A stretch of DNA of 49,007 nt from Flavobacteriaceae bacterium. GTDB lineage: Bacteria > Bacteroidota > Bacteroidia > Flavobacteriales > Flavobacteriaceae. The translations under genes and the position numbers were made by a program. Positions 28,687 through 38,307 of this stretch are shown in pieces. The stretch spans positions 1-49,007 of the forward strand of contig JAQWNL010000045.1 in the NCBI GenBank assembly GCA_029268635.1, written 5' to 3'. A model generated the notes under the pieces. That model was given only the letters and a program-made list of their open reading frames with translations, had not been told where the DNA came from and searched no databases. Within the stretch, counting starts at the first letter, position 1. Every line of letters starts with the position of its first letter.

Positions 28687-29850
28687 ATGCAAAAAACACT
28701 CCTTTTTTACTGTCAACATTCTATTGGTATTGGCCATTTAGTTCGCTCTTTTGCATTGGTTAACTCTTTAAAAAAAACCTTCCTAGTGACCTTGGTTTCT
28801 GGTGGTGATTTTCCTAAGGGATTAAGTGTTCCAGATGGTATTAATTTTGTTCAACTTCCGCCAATAGGATTGAATTTGAATAAATGTCTTGAAGCAATTG
28901 AGAGCGATGAACCCGTTTATAAGGTTATGAAATCAAGACAAAATAAAATCATGAGGATTTATAATGAAATTGAACCTGATGTTTTTGTTTCGGAGTATTT
29001 TCCATTTGGAAAAATTCAATTTATAGGAGACTTATTAGCTCTTTTAAAACGAACAAAATTTAGTAATAAACCCGTTACTGTTGTTTGCAGTTTACGTGAT
29101 ATTTTAGAGCCTACAAGTACGACTAAGAAAATACATCAAGACTTTAGTACTAAAATGATAAATGAGTACTATAGTAGTATTTTGGTTCATGGAGATGAAA
29201 ATTTTATTACATTAAACAAAACCTGTCCACACTTAAGTAGAATGAATGTTCCAGTTTATTATACGGGATATGTTACTGATGAAAAATACCAGACAAAGAT
29301 TGATCGTACGGTTTTTAACGAAATTGTATTATCTGCTGGAGGAGGAAAAATAGCATCGCCATTTATTACAAAAATGGTATGTTCTTTTAAGAAATTTGGA
29401 TTTGGAGAAGGCATAAGTTTAAAGGTTATTGCTGGACCTATATTTCCAAAAGGCGATTGGATTGAATTGCAAGAATTGGTAAAAAATGAACCTGGTATTG
29501 TATTGCTTCGGTCAGTTGAAAACTTAACTAATGTATGGAAAAAGGCAAAATTATCAATTAGTATGGGGGGGTACAATACTTTAATGGAAGTAATTTGTAG
29601 TAGAATTCCTGCATTAATAATTCCTTATTGCAACGAAAGTAATAGAGAGCAAGAAATTAGAGCAATTAAGCTGCAAAAAGAAGGATTAGTTGAAACTACA
29701 GATTTTGAAAAATTAAGTAAAAAAGAATTAACCGAAGCTGTTAAAAATGCATTGAATTTTAATCCTGTAGATAAAGACCTTAACTTAAATGGAGCCGAGA
29801 ATACTAGACTAATTATCGAACAACAATGTTTAGAATATTCAACACCTTAA
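28687..29850 (+). CDS. GT-B glycosyltransferase with GT28 C-terminal-like domain (COG4671-like)
   Basis: YCQHSIGIGH, EYFPFG, SLRDIL, SAGGG, SMGGYNT and EQEIRA motifs. Confidence 0.85.
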   Translation: MQKTLLFYCQHSIGIGHLVRSFALVNSLKKTFLVTLVSGGDFPKGLSVPDGINFVQLPPIGLNLNKCLEAIESDEPVYKVMKSRQNKIMRIYNEIEPDVFVSEYFPFGKIQFIGDLLALLKRTKFSNKPVTVVCSLRDILEPTSTTKKIHQDFSTKMINEYYSSILVHGDENFITLNKTCPHLSRMNVPVYYTGYVTDEKYQTKIDRTVFNEIVLSAGGGKIASPFITKMVCSFKKFGFGEGISLKVIAGPIFPKGDWIELQELVKNEPGIVLLRSVENLTNVWKKAKLSISMGGYNTLMEVICSRIPALIIPYCNESNREQEIRAIKLQKEGLVETTDFEKLSKKELTEAVKNALNFNPVDKDLNLNGAENTRLIIEQQCLEYSTP

Positions 29851-30614
29851 TCTTGATCCATAGCGGCAGTTGAAAGCCAGAAATCTTCTGTGCGAAGCGT
29901 AAAACCAACATATTCCTTTGTCTTATAAAATTGAAGGTTGAAATGTATTTTTTGTTGAATTAAAAATGAGAAATTTGGGGCTGTATCAATTGAGAACATT
30001 CCTCTGCCTGTTGATTTCAGTACAGCCTCTTTTAAGGACCATATCCAACTAAATAATATTGATTGTTCTTCACTTTTGGCATTTTGAAGTATACTAACTT
30101 CTTTCTCGTGAAAGAATCGTTTTGCTAATTGGATACCAACTTTACTTGGTCTTAATTCAGATTCTATATCTATCCCTATAGATTTATGCGAGTCTATTAG
30201 AATAGCTAAATTATTTGCAGAATGAGAAATATTAAATGAAATCTTTTTTAAAGGTATTTTTAATATAGGTTTACCATTTTCACCATATAAAAATACGATT
30301 TCTGAAGGAGAAGTGTTTAAATATTCTGCTAAAATTAACCGCAATGCAATACGTGATTTTGTTCTGGTTTCTTGCTCTACAGGGGAGATTAATCGCTCTA
30401 ATTTATCTTTTTCGTCACTACTCAAAATTCCCAAAAAAGGTCTGTGATCGAAAACTAATAAATCGATTAAGAAAAGATGTGCATTCGCCTTTTCAGGTAT
30501 TGTTAAATCAATAGTTTGATACCTGTATTCTTCAATATTGATGTTATTTTTACCAATCCAAGGAATTTTGTAAATCTTTACTGAAGAAATTTTTCTTTTC
30601 AATTTTTTTAACAT
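29847..30614 (-). CDS. Sfp-type 4'-phosphopantetheinyl transferase
   Basis: GENGKP, FNISHS, IGIDIE and WSLKEAVLKSTGRG; convergent with and overlapping the cluster end by 4 bp. Confidence 0.92.
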   Translation of the reverse strand: MLKKLKRKISSVKIYKIPWIGKNNINIEEYRYQTIDLTIPEKANAHLFLIDLLVFDHRPFLGILSSDEKDKLERLISPVEQETRTKSRIALRLILAEYLNTSPSEIVFLYGENGKPILKIPLKKISFNISHSANNLAILIDSHKSIGIDIESELRPSKVGIQLAKRFFHEKEVSILQNAKSEEQSILFSWIWSLKEAVLKSTGRGMFSIDTAPNFSFLIQQKIHFNLQFYKTKEYVGFTLRTEDFWLSTAAMDQD

Positions 30615-30631
30615 TAGTATCTTTTAATATT

Positions 30632-31297
30632 TTACTTTAAAATTTTCAAGGAGTTTAAATATAATTCAACTATGTTATTTTTTAGGTGGTGATCTAATAT
30701 GTTTTTTTTAATATATTTTAATGGTATTTCATAATGCCCTAAAGAATTTTTAAAATATTTATTTATTTCTAAAAACTTAAAATCGTTTATTTTACACAAT
30801 CTTTCAAGCTCACTATTAAATGATAGGATGTATTGATTTCGAATTTTATGAGGAATCACCTTTGGATTTATTGATTGTTCCCAGCTGTCTATTTTTTGTT
30901 TCTTGTATGAATTTATAATTTTAATTAAAAACTGATCTTTAACATGCGAAATAGGGACTTCACAAATATAAATATTCATATTTTCAGTGTTTTTTTTTAC
31001 AAAATTTACATAGTGTTCAGCAGCCTCAATAATATATTTTTCACAATTAAATTTATTGTTTTTATTAAATTTATAATTAATAACAAAACTTAAATCTACT
31101 TCACCAAAAAAAAATATTATATCAGAATTTTCACTAAGTAAGTCTATTATATTGCAAATTTTTTCATTTACATTACTTCTAGAATTAATATTGTTTAAAC
31201 CCTTTGCAGTGGAGGCTTGATATTTATAAGTATTGGGGAATAAATTTTCAAAACAACATGCAGAGCTACTTCCAAAGATGGTAAATTTTTTATTCAT
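30632..31297 (-). CDS. Hypothetical protein, SGNH/GDSL-like; paralogue of 31397-32059
   Basis: IFGSS, FFFGEVD, C-terminal LDHHL; colinear with its neighbour. Confidence 0.5.
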   Translation of the reverse strand: MNKKFTIFGSSSACCFENLFPNTYKYQASTAKGLNNINSRSNVNEKICNIIDLLSENSDIIFFFGEVDLSFVINYKFNKNNKFNCEKYIIEAAEHYVNFVKKNTENMNIYICEVPISHVKDQFLIKIINSYKKQKIDSWEQSINPKVIPHKIRNQYILSFNSELERLCKINDFKFLEINKYFKNSLGHYEIPLKYIKKNILDHHLKNNIVELYLNSLKILK

Positions 31298-31396
31298 AAA
31301 ATTGGTTTTTTCTTTTTAAAATATCAACAGTTATTTGAAAGTAATTAATGATTATTTTTGGCTTACATTTTAAAAATGATAAAATTTAAAAAAGAA

Positions 31397-32059
31397 TCAC
31401 AAAGTTTTTAAGGATTTTAAATACAGTTCAACTATGTTATTTTTTAAATGATGGTCCAACTTATTTTTCCTAATATATTTTGAAGGTATTTTTAAGTCTC
31501 CGGCAGGATTTTTAAAATATTTATTTATTTTTAGCAGCTTAAAACCATTAATATCAGATAGTTTTTTAAGCTCTTTATTAAACAATAATATATGTTTATT
31601 ACGGATTTCGTAGGGTATTACTTTAGTTATTTTTGATTCTATCCAACTATTATCTCTTTGATTTTCATAAACCTTTAAAATCTTAATTAAATTTTCATCT
31701 GTAATATGCGAAATTGGAGCTTCACAAATAAAAACATTTAAATGTTTAATATTATTTTTGATAAAATTTATATAGTGATTAACAGATTTAATAATATATT
31801 TTTCACAATTAAAATTATCAATTAAATTGTATTTGTAATTTGTAACAAAATTTAGATCAACAGTGCCAAAAAAAAAAATCACATTAGAGCTTTTCTGGAG
31901 CGAATTGAGTTTGGAGCAAATTTTTTTATTTACTTTACTTTGAGAATTAGGGTTATTTAATCCCATAGCTGTTGAAGCTGGGAATACAAATGTATTAGGA
32001 AATAGATTTTCGAAAGATCTTGCATAGCTACTTCCAAAAACACTGGTTTTGTTATTCAT
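31397..32059 (-). CDS. Hypothetical protein, SGNH/GDSL-like; paralogue of 30632-31297
   Basis: VFGSS, FFFGTVD and LDHHL motifs. Confidence 0.5.
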   Translation of the reverse strand: MNNKTSVFGSSYARSFENLFPNTFVFPASTAMGLNNPNSQSKVNKKICSKLNSLQKSSNVIFFFGTVDLNFVTNYKYNLIDNFNCEKYIIKSVNHYINFIKNNIKHLNVFICEAPISHITDENLIKILKVYENQRDNSWIESKITKVIPYEIRNKHILLFNKELKKLSDINGFKLLKINKYFKNPAGDLKIPSKYIRKNKLDHHLKNNIVELYLKSLKTL

Positions 32060-32386
32060 AATATATAATCGTATTTATTTTTTTTGTATTATTTAATATT
32101 TATTAAGTGGTCTTTAAAAGTAGTTCTTCTTTTTTAAAATTAATTATTTTTAAAACAAAAATTTGTTGAAATAAATTACTTAATCAGCTTTTTTTTTACT
32201 AGTTCCAATCATCATCTGAACCTATAATTCCAGGTGTTCAAAGTTTCACGCAAAACACAAAAGTTCTTTTTTGGTTCCTTATTCAAATATTCAAACGAGA
32301 TTTCATAATCATTTAAATCAAATATATTTTGTTTGGAATACCTGAAATTGAGAGTTTAATTACTTTGAAATTTTTTTTTGCATGAA

Positions 32387-32440
32387 GCACAACGTTTTGG
32401 CTAAATTGCCTTTTTTTATTTAAATTAGGTTTTGTTATAA
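32387..32440 (-). repeat. Short attC-like site (TTATAAC...GTTGTGC)
   Basis: Minus strand gcttataacaaaacc...agccaaaacgttgtgc; AAC/GTT inverse core-like ends; internal symmetry weak. Confidence 0.4.
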
Positions 32441-32486
32441 GCTGTTTTAATTGGACTATTCTTCAATGGCTTTTGTCTGCAATAGT

Positions 32487-32618
32487 ATACAACGGTTTGT
32501 CTATGGTTAGTTGGTTAGTACTAAGATAGCAAAAAGAAAAAGTGTATAGGAAATTCGTTAAAATTCCCCTGGTAATCATTAAATACTAATAAACAATTAA
32601 TTATATACGTTGTTATCT
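32487..32618 (-). repeat. Long attC-like imperfect palindrome (Flavobacteriaceae intergenic repeat type)
   Basis: Minus strand AACaacgtatataattaattg...caactaaccatagacaaaccGTTgtat; terminal arms pair with G.T wobbles; homologous to 46617-46756. Confidence 0.6.
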
Positions 32619-32630
32619 TCTGGTATTGCA

Positions 32631-32717
32631 ATTTGAGTATCCCCACCCGCACACTAAAAAAGCCTTTAAGTTTTGAGAGACTTTCTTAATTTTCAGTATG
32701 GACTAAATTTTAAATTT
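32631..32717 (+). repeat. Right copy (attR-like) of the island-bounding direct repeat
   Basis: Degenerate tRNA-Leu 3' end (gagtatccccacccgcaca) plus decayed terminator plus last codons of the DUF1295 gene; offset 20,730 bp from the left copy. Confidence 0.9.
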
Positions 32718-33626
32718 TTTCTTAAAAGGAATAAATCGGCCTACTTCTTTTATGTATTTTTTATAAAGTGGATATTTTTTCTCAGTTTCTTCTTCACTAA
32801 AATCGGAACTACCTTTAAAAAGTAATACAAGTAATAATGCCCCAGCTATTGACCAATTTAGCCAAATGTTAGTAGCAATTACGGAGAAGAAATAAAAAAC
32901 AACCCATATAGCCTGTTCGGCTGCGTAGTTAGGATGTCTCATATAAGCCCAAAGTCCAGTATGAGTAAACCCAATTTTATAGAAGTTGGCTACTTTTCCT
33001 ATCTTTTTTTGGCGGTATTTTTCTTCTTGATAATAATACTGTTGATTGTCAGCTATATATTCCATTATCACTAGTGCCACAAAAATGCTTGCAAGGATAC
33101 AATCTAATATACCAATTGGTATATTACTTTCCATGGCTTTTAAAGCAGGTAACGTAAAAAATAAAATAAGGGCCATTTGATATGCTGAAATAAAAAATAA
33201 GTTGAAAGCCGACCATTTCCATTGTGATTGAAATTCTGGTTTAGCTTTTAAAATAGCCCACCGGTAATCTTCCTCTCCAGTCCAAATTTTCCATGAATAA
33301 CCACCTCTTCTAGCGAAATTGTAAGTTAGACGAAAAGCCCAAATACTAACTAAGAAAGCCATGAGCACAATGCGAGGCTCGAAATCTGTATTACAGGCAA
33401 TAATCCAGACGTAGGGAATAGGAATAATACTCCATAATTTATCTACTTGACTATAGTTTTTAGTGACAGAGCTTACAACAAAACAAAGACCTGTTGCAAT
33501 TCCGTATACATATAACAACGTTTTTAATGTAGATTGCTGGAGTTCGGTTAAAGGAACATCAAAATTAAAGGTTAAGATTGGCACAATGATAAGGGTGAAA
33601 ATTAGAAATAGTACTGTTCTCCACAT
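32703..33626 (-). CDS. DUF1295 (steroid 5-alpha-reductase-like) membrane protein
   Basis: NYSQVDKLWS, EDYRW, ADNQQ and GLWAYMRHPNY motifs. Confidence 0.88.
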   Translation of the reverse strand: MWRTVLFLIFTLIIVPILTFNFDVPLTELQQSTLKTLLYVYGIATGLCFVVSSVTKNYSQVDKLWSIIPIPYVWIIACNTDFEPRIVLMAFLVSIWAFRLTYNFARRGGYSWKIWTGEEDYRWAILKAKPEFQSQWKWSAFNLFFISAYQMALILFFTLPALKAMESNIPIGILDCILASIFVALVIMEYIADNQQYYYQEEKYRQKKIGKVANFYKIGFTHTGLWAYMRHPNYAAEQAIWVVFYFFSVIATNIWLNWSIAGALLLVLLFKGSSDFSEEETEKKYPLYKKYIKEVGRFIPFKKKFKI

Positions 33627-33745
33627 AGCGATTTATTTTAATTATGTTAAAAATATAAAATATTTAAATTGATATTAATTTTTATTTCATCAAAAAATGT
33701 AACATTTTTAACATTTAAACCACAAATTCAATAAATAACATCAAT

Positions 33746-34624
33746 ATGAAACATTCATTTTTTAAAAAGAGTATTTTATTTTCAACAATACTGCTTCCAA
33801 TGCTATTATTAGCTCAGGATTTTCAGGGTAAGGCTTACTATTTTTCAAAATCTACTATGGAACTAGGTAGTTTTGGTGCTACCATGAGTGAAGCTCGAAA
33901 AAAGAAAATACAGGAACGTTTAAAAAACAGGTTAGAGAAGACTTATATCTTAACCTTTAATAAGGAAGAATCCGTTTTTAAAGAAGATGAAAAGGTAGAT
34001 GCTATTTCGGGAGCAACAGATAGTTGGGGAAAAAATTTCACTCCTGGTGAGCAATATAAAAATATAAAGACCAAAGAGTTATTACAGAAACAAGAATTTT
34101 ATGGTAAACAATTTTTAGTGAAAGACGATTTACTCGCTATTGATTGGGTAACTAGTTCTGAAACTAAGCAAATAGGAAAATACATCTGTTTTAAAGCAAC
34201 TGCTTCTATTCCTACTTCTGATCTTTCTTGGTATGATTTTTCTTGGGATAGTTTGAATGCTAACAATAATTCAAAAACAACGGATTCAATAACTAATAAC
34301 TCAAAAACAACCGCTTCAATTAATGATTCCATTAAAAAGGAAGCGCTTATTCTTTCTGAAGTGGTAGCTTGGTATTCTCCTCAAATCCCTTTGAGTCAAG
34401 GACCTTTAGAGTACTGGGGACTTCCAGGATTGATTTTAGAAGTGAGTGTAGACAATACGACCATATTGTGTTCAAAAATAATTATGAACCCAGGGGAGAG
34501 ATCCAAAATTAAAGCTCCAGAAAAAGGGAAGATTGTTTCTAAAACTGAATATCAAGAAATTATTTCTGGAAAAATGAAAGAAATGAGAAATAACAGAGGT
34601 AGGCAAAGAGGTAGAAGAAATTAA
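33746..34624 (+). CDS. GLPGLI-family protein
   Basis: Signal peptide, KQIGKYICFKA, AWYSPQIP and GPLEYWGLPGLILE. Confidence 0.93.
   Translation: MKHSFFKKSILFSTILLPMLLLAQDFQGKAYYFSKSTMELGSFGATMSEARKKKIQERLKNRLEKTYILTFNKEESVFKEDEKVDAISGATDSWGKNFTPGEQYKNIKTKELLQKQEFYGKQFLVKDDLLAIDWVTSSETKQIGKYICFKATASIPTSDLSWYDFSWDSLNANNNSKTTDSITNNSKTTASINDSIKKEALILSEVVAWYSPQIPLSQGPLEYWGLPGLILEVSVDNTTILCSKIIMNPGERSKIKAPEKGKIVSKTEYQEIISGKMKEMRNNRGRQRGRRN
34265..34324 (+). repeat. 2 x 30-bp in-frame tandem repeat in the GLPGLI gene
   Basis: aataattcaaaaacaacggattcaataact / aataactcaaaaacaaccgcttcaattaat (NNSKTTDSIT / NNSKTTASIN). Confidence 0.75.
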
Positions 34625-34666
34625 ATTTGCATAATTTTTAATTCAAGCAGTTTATTAAATTAACAA

Positions 34667-37372
34667 ATGAAAAAAACATTCCTAATATTATTTATTTGCT
34701 CAATAAATACACTTTTGTCTCAGATTAAATTTGATGGTGTTGTAAAAGATAGTATTGGTAACCCTTTGGAATTAGCAAATATTATTGTTTTAGATCAAGA
34801 AACAAATAAATTAGACTCTTACTCCATTACCGATGAAAGAGGTTATTATTCCTTTGAATTAGAAAAAAATACCAATTATAAATTTCAAGTTAGTTATATA
34901 GGTATGAATAGCTTCGAAGAAATTATTAGCACAAAAGAATCTAATATAACAAGAGATTTTTTACTACAAGCCGATAACGCTTTAGATGAAGTGGAACTAA
35001 CCTATGAAATGCCAGTTACAATAAAGGGAGATACCATTGTTTATAATGCAGATTCTTTTAAAAATGGTTCTGAAAGGAAATTGGAAGATGTATTAGAAAA
35101 ATTACCTGGTGTAGAAATTAACGAAGAAGGTCAGGTGGAAATAGAAGGGAAGGTTGTTAATAAATTGATGGTTAATGGGAAGGATTTTTTTGATGGGGAT
35201 ACTAAAATTGCGACTAAAAATATTCCTTCCAATGCGGTAGATAAGATACAGGTATTGCGAAATTACTCCGAAGTCGGACAATTAAGCAGTGTAACAAATA
35301 ATAAGGATAATTTTGCTTTAAACATTAAACTTAAAGAAGGGAAAGAAAATTTTTGGTTTGGTTCTGTTAATTCAGGTGGAGGTTATACAGCAGAAGATAA
35401 AGGACTCTATTTATTGCAGCCTAAGCTCTTTTATTATTCTCCTAAAGTTACTTTCAATTTTATTGGCGACATTAATAATATTGGTGAATTAGTTTTAACA
35501 CCAAGAGATCTTCGAAATTTTGGAGGAGGCTTTAGATTGCCAAGCAGGGGTAGTGGTACGAATATAGATTTAGGAAGTAATAGCCTTGATTTTTTAACCA
35601 ATCAAAATAATGCTTTATCTGTAGAAAATATAATTGCTGCCTCAAATTTTAGTTGGTCGCTAAACAATGCATTAGATATTAGTGGTTTTGCGATTTATAA
35701 TTGCAGCCTTATTGATTCTAAGCAAAGAACTGTTAAGCAATTTACAGATTCAGATTTAGGAATACCTGATGAGTTAACAGAGCAGACAAGTAACGAACGT
35801 TCTGATCAAGGATTGTTGAAATTAAGTGCTTCTTATAAACCAAATGGAAACAATCAAATGGGTTACGATGTTTTAAGTCGAATTTCAAAAGATTCACAAA
35901 ACCAGAATTTAGTGTCTTCTGTTATTGGGAATACAAGTCAGTTAGATGAAACAACACCCTTTAGTATCAATCAAAATCTAAATTACTATTATACACTAAA
36001 CGAAACTAATATTTTTGCTTTTGAAGCACAGCATTTACTTAAAGATGAAGATCCTTTTTATAATGCAATAATAGAAGATAAAGAAAATTATGAATCCACC
36101 GGAGAATCTATAGGTTTAGACGAAGATCAGCAGGATTATAATATTAGTCAAGATAGGCGTATAAAATCAAGTCAGTTAGATGCTAAAATTGATTATTATT
36201 ATATTATTAATCCAAAAAGTAATCTTAATGTAACTTTTGGGTCTATTTTTAGTCATCAAAAATTTAATTCTAATTTGTTTCAATTTTTAGATGATGGTTT
36301 AGTGTTTAATCCAACTCCAACATTTAACAGTGGTTTAGCTATCAATGATATTGAATATAATTTTAAGGACCTTTACTTAGGTGCTCACTATCGTGTAAAA
36401 ATAGGAAAGTTTACAATAACACCTGGTTTTTCATTACATTCTTATGGGAATAATAATACGCAGTTTGGTCAGAAGTTTAAAGATGATTTTTTTAGAATAA
36501 TGCCTGATTTTGAAACACGAGTACAATTTAAAAATAGTGAAAGCTTAACGCTTATTTATAATATGCAAAACCAATTTACAGATGTTACAAAGCTAGCACA
36601 AGGATTGGTTTTAAATAATTTTAGTACTATTCAATTTGGTGAACCAGAATTACAAAATGCTTTATCTCACAACCTAAGTTTAGTTTATTCTAGTTTTAAT
36701 CTGTTTAATTATACAAATGTTTTTGCGCGTTTGGCTTATTCGAAAAATATAGATCAAATTAGAAATATCACTTCTTTTGAAAATGTAATTAGTACAAGTA
36801 CTTTTTTTAATTCTAATTTTGCAGATGAAAGTTCTACTGCCTTTTGACGTATTCAACGTACTTTTGGAAAATTAATAGCATCTGTAAATTTAAGTTTTAA
36901 TTATAGCAAAATAAATCAATTAATCGACTCTAGAAGATCTGTAAATACAGGATTTACAAGAAGCTATACTCCAAGTCTGCGCACAAACTTCAAAAAAGCA
37001 CCAAATGTTAGCTTAAAATATAAGTATACGGTCTCTACAAATAACCAAGGTCCAAATGAAACTACGTTTTATACCAGTGCTCCCTCTCTAGATTTTGATG
37101 CTTATATATGGAAATCGGTTACTCTTAAAACAGATTATACCTATACTACTCAAAGCTTAAGAGGTGGTAATAGTGATACTTTTCAGACTTGGAATGCTTC
37201 TATATCCTACAGGAAAAACAGGGATACTAAATGGGAATTTGAAGTTGTAGCAACTAATTTATTAGATATCGACTCAAAAGTTAGTAACACCGCTACCAAT
37301 CTTTTTGTATCAGAATCTCGAATTTTTATACAAGCCCGATTCTTAACTTTTAGGTTGCGCTTTGAATTATAA
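34667..37372 (+). pseudogene. GLPGLI-partner outer membrane beta-barrel (CarboxypepD-reg/TonB-receptor-like) interrupted by one in-frame TGA
   Basis: KGDTIVYNADSF, LEKLPGV and VNGKDFF; TGA at 36845-36847, then 174 further open codons ending RFLTFRLRFEL* at 37372 (barrel-type C-terminus). Confidence 0.85.
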
Positions 37373-37519
37373 ATTTATTCCTCTTCATAATTCAAGTTAA
37401 TTATACATTAGCTTATACTTCCTTTAATACTTGCTCGCTTTTAATGTTAAATATTTCATAAAAAAAATGTAATGTCTAACAAATGGTTAGTTTTGCTCAA
37501 CAAAAAAAATCAAATTATT

Positions 37520-38032
37520 ATGAAAAAATTAGTATTTATTTTATCGATTATGATGTCATTAACATTGACTCAAAAAACAGTTGCGCAAAAGACAATTGTA
37601 GACGTTGCTGTTGGGAATGAGGATTTTTCTACGCTAGTAGCTGCTTTAACAGCTGCTGATTTAGTTAGTGCTTTACAAAGTGATGGATCTTTTACCGTTT
37701 TTGCTCCAACAAATGCTGCATTTGCAAAAATTGATTCTAAAACTTTAAATTCTTTATTAGAGAAAAAAAATCAAGAGGCATTAGCAAATATTTTAACGTA
37801 TCATGTTGTACCAGGAAAATTGGTAGCAAGCGATGTAGTTGAAGCTTTAAAGAAAGGTAAAGGAACTTTAAAGCTTACAACATTAAATGGTGAAGTTTTA
37901 ACAGTTGAGCAAAAAAATGATAAAATTTGGTTGAAAGACCAAAACGGTAATTATAGTGAAATTATAGCTACAGATGTGATGGCTAGTAATGGAGTAATCC
38001 ATGTAATTAATACAGTAGTTATGCCTAATTAA
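37520..38032 (+). CDS. Fasciclin (FAS1) domain protein
   Basis: Signal peptide from MKKL at 37520 (preferred start); FTVFAPTNAAF, ILTYHVV and NGVIHVI. Confidence 0.93.
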   Translation: MKKLVFILSIMMSLTLTQKTVAQKTIVDVAVGNEDFSTLVAALTAADLVSALQSDGSFTVFAPTNAAFAKIDSKTLNSLLEKKNQEALANILTYHVVPGKLVASDVVEALKKGKGTLKLTTLNGEVLTVEQKNDKIWLKDQNGNYSEIIATDVMASNGVIHVINTVVMPN

Positions 38033-38057
38033 TTTATTAAAAATTGCTATGAAAAAT

Positions 38058-38086
38058 TAAAGCTTCGATAATTCGAAGCTTTTTTA
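38058..38086 (+). terminator. Intrinsic terminator
   Basis: aaagcttcga-taat-tcgaagcttt followed by a T run. Confidence 0.8.
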
Positions 38087-38307
38087 TTTAAACAAAACTA
38101 CCACCAAACAATAAAAAAAGCCACATATGTATCTTTATATTTTTGCCAACATAATGGGGATCGTTTTTCTGTAATACTTGTTATAACATATTTTTCGATA
38201 CTATTAAAGTCTGTCCAACTATTATTTTCAGAAGGATCTATTCCCCATTCCTTTTTTAAAGTATATATTTTTTTTCTTAATTATAAATTAGTTATTTTTA
38301 TTTCTTT

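Larger units (their letters stand above)
11901..32717. mobile_element. ~20.7-kb genomic island at the 3' end of tRNA-Leu(TAG), no integrase visible
   Basis: Bounded by direct repeats of the tRNA 3' end and terminator; cargo is a biosynthetic cluster between core genes (M20 peptidase and DUF1295). Confidence 0.85.

Noticed and set aside
32380-32720. CRISPR array or IS ends
   Set aside because: No regularly spaced identical repeats, no cas or transposase gene, no target-site duplication seen
14975-36847. TGA recoding (genetic code 4 or 25) suggested by two in-frame TGAs followed by open frame
   Set aside because: One would need Trp and the other Gly. No other gene, including the 2306-aa PKS, has an internal TGA; TGG and GGA are used normally; TGA ends 31397-32059 where its paralogue also ends
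37520-38032. Link between the fasciclin gene and the cytochrome c relic as parts of one nos cluster
   Set aside because: They are 35 kb apart with core genes between, and fasciclin proteins are common in Flavobacteriaceae
38098-38280. Open minus-strand frame LRKKIYTLKKEWGIDPSENNSWTDF...VAFFIVWW*
   Set aside because: No start codon or recognisable family; may be a gene remnant but cannot be supported
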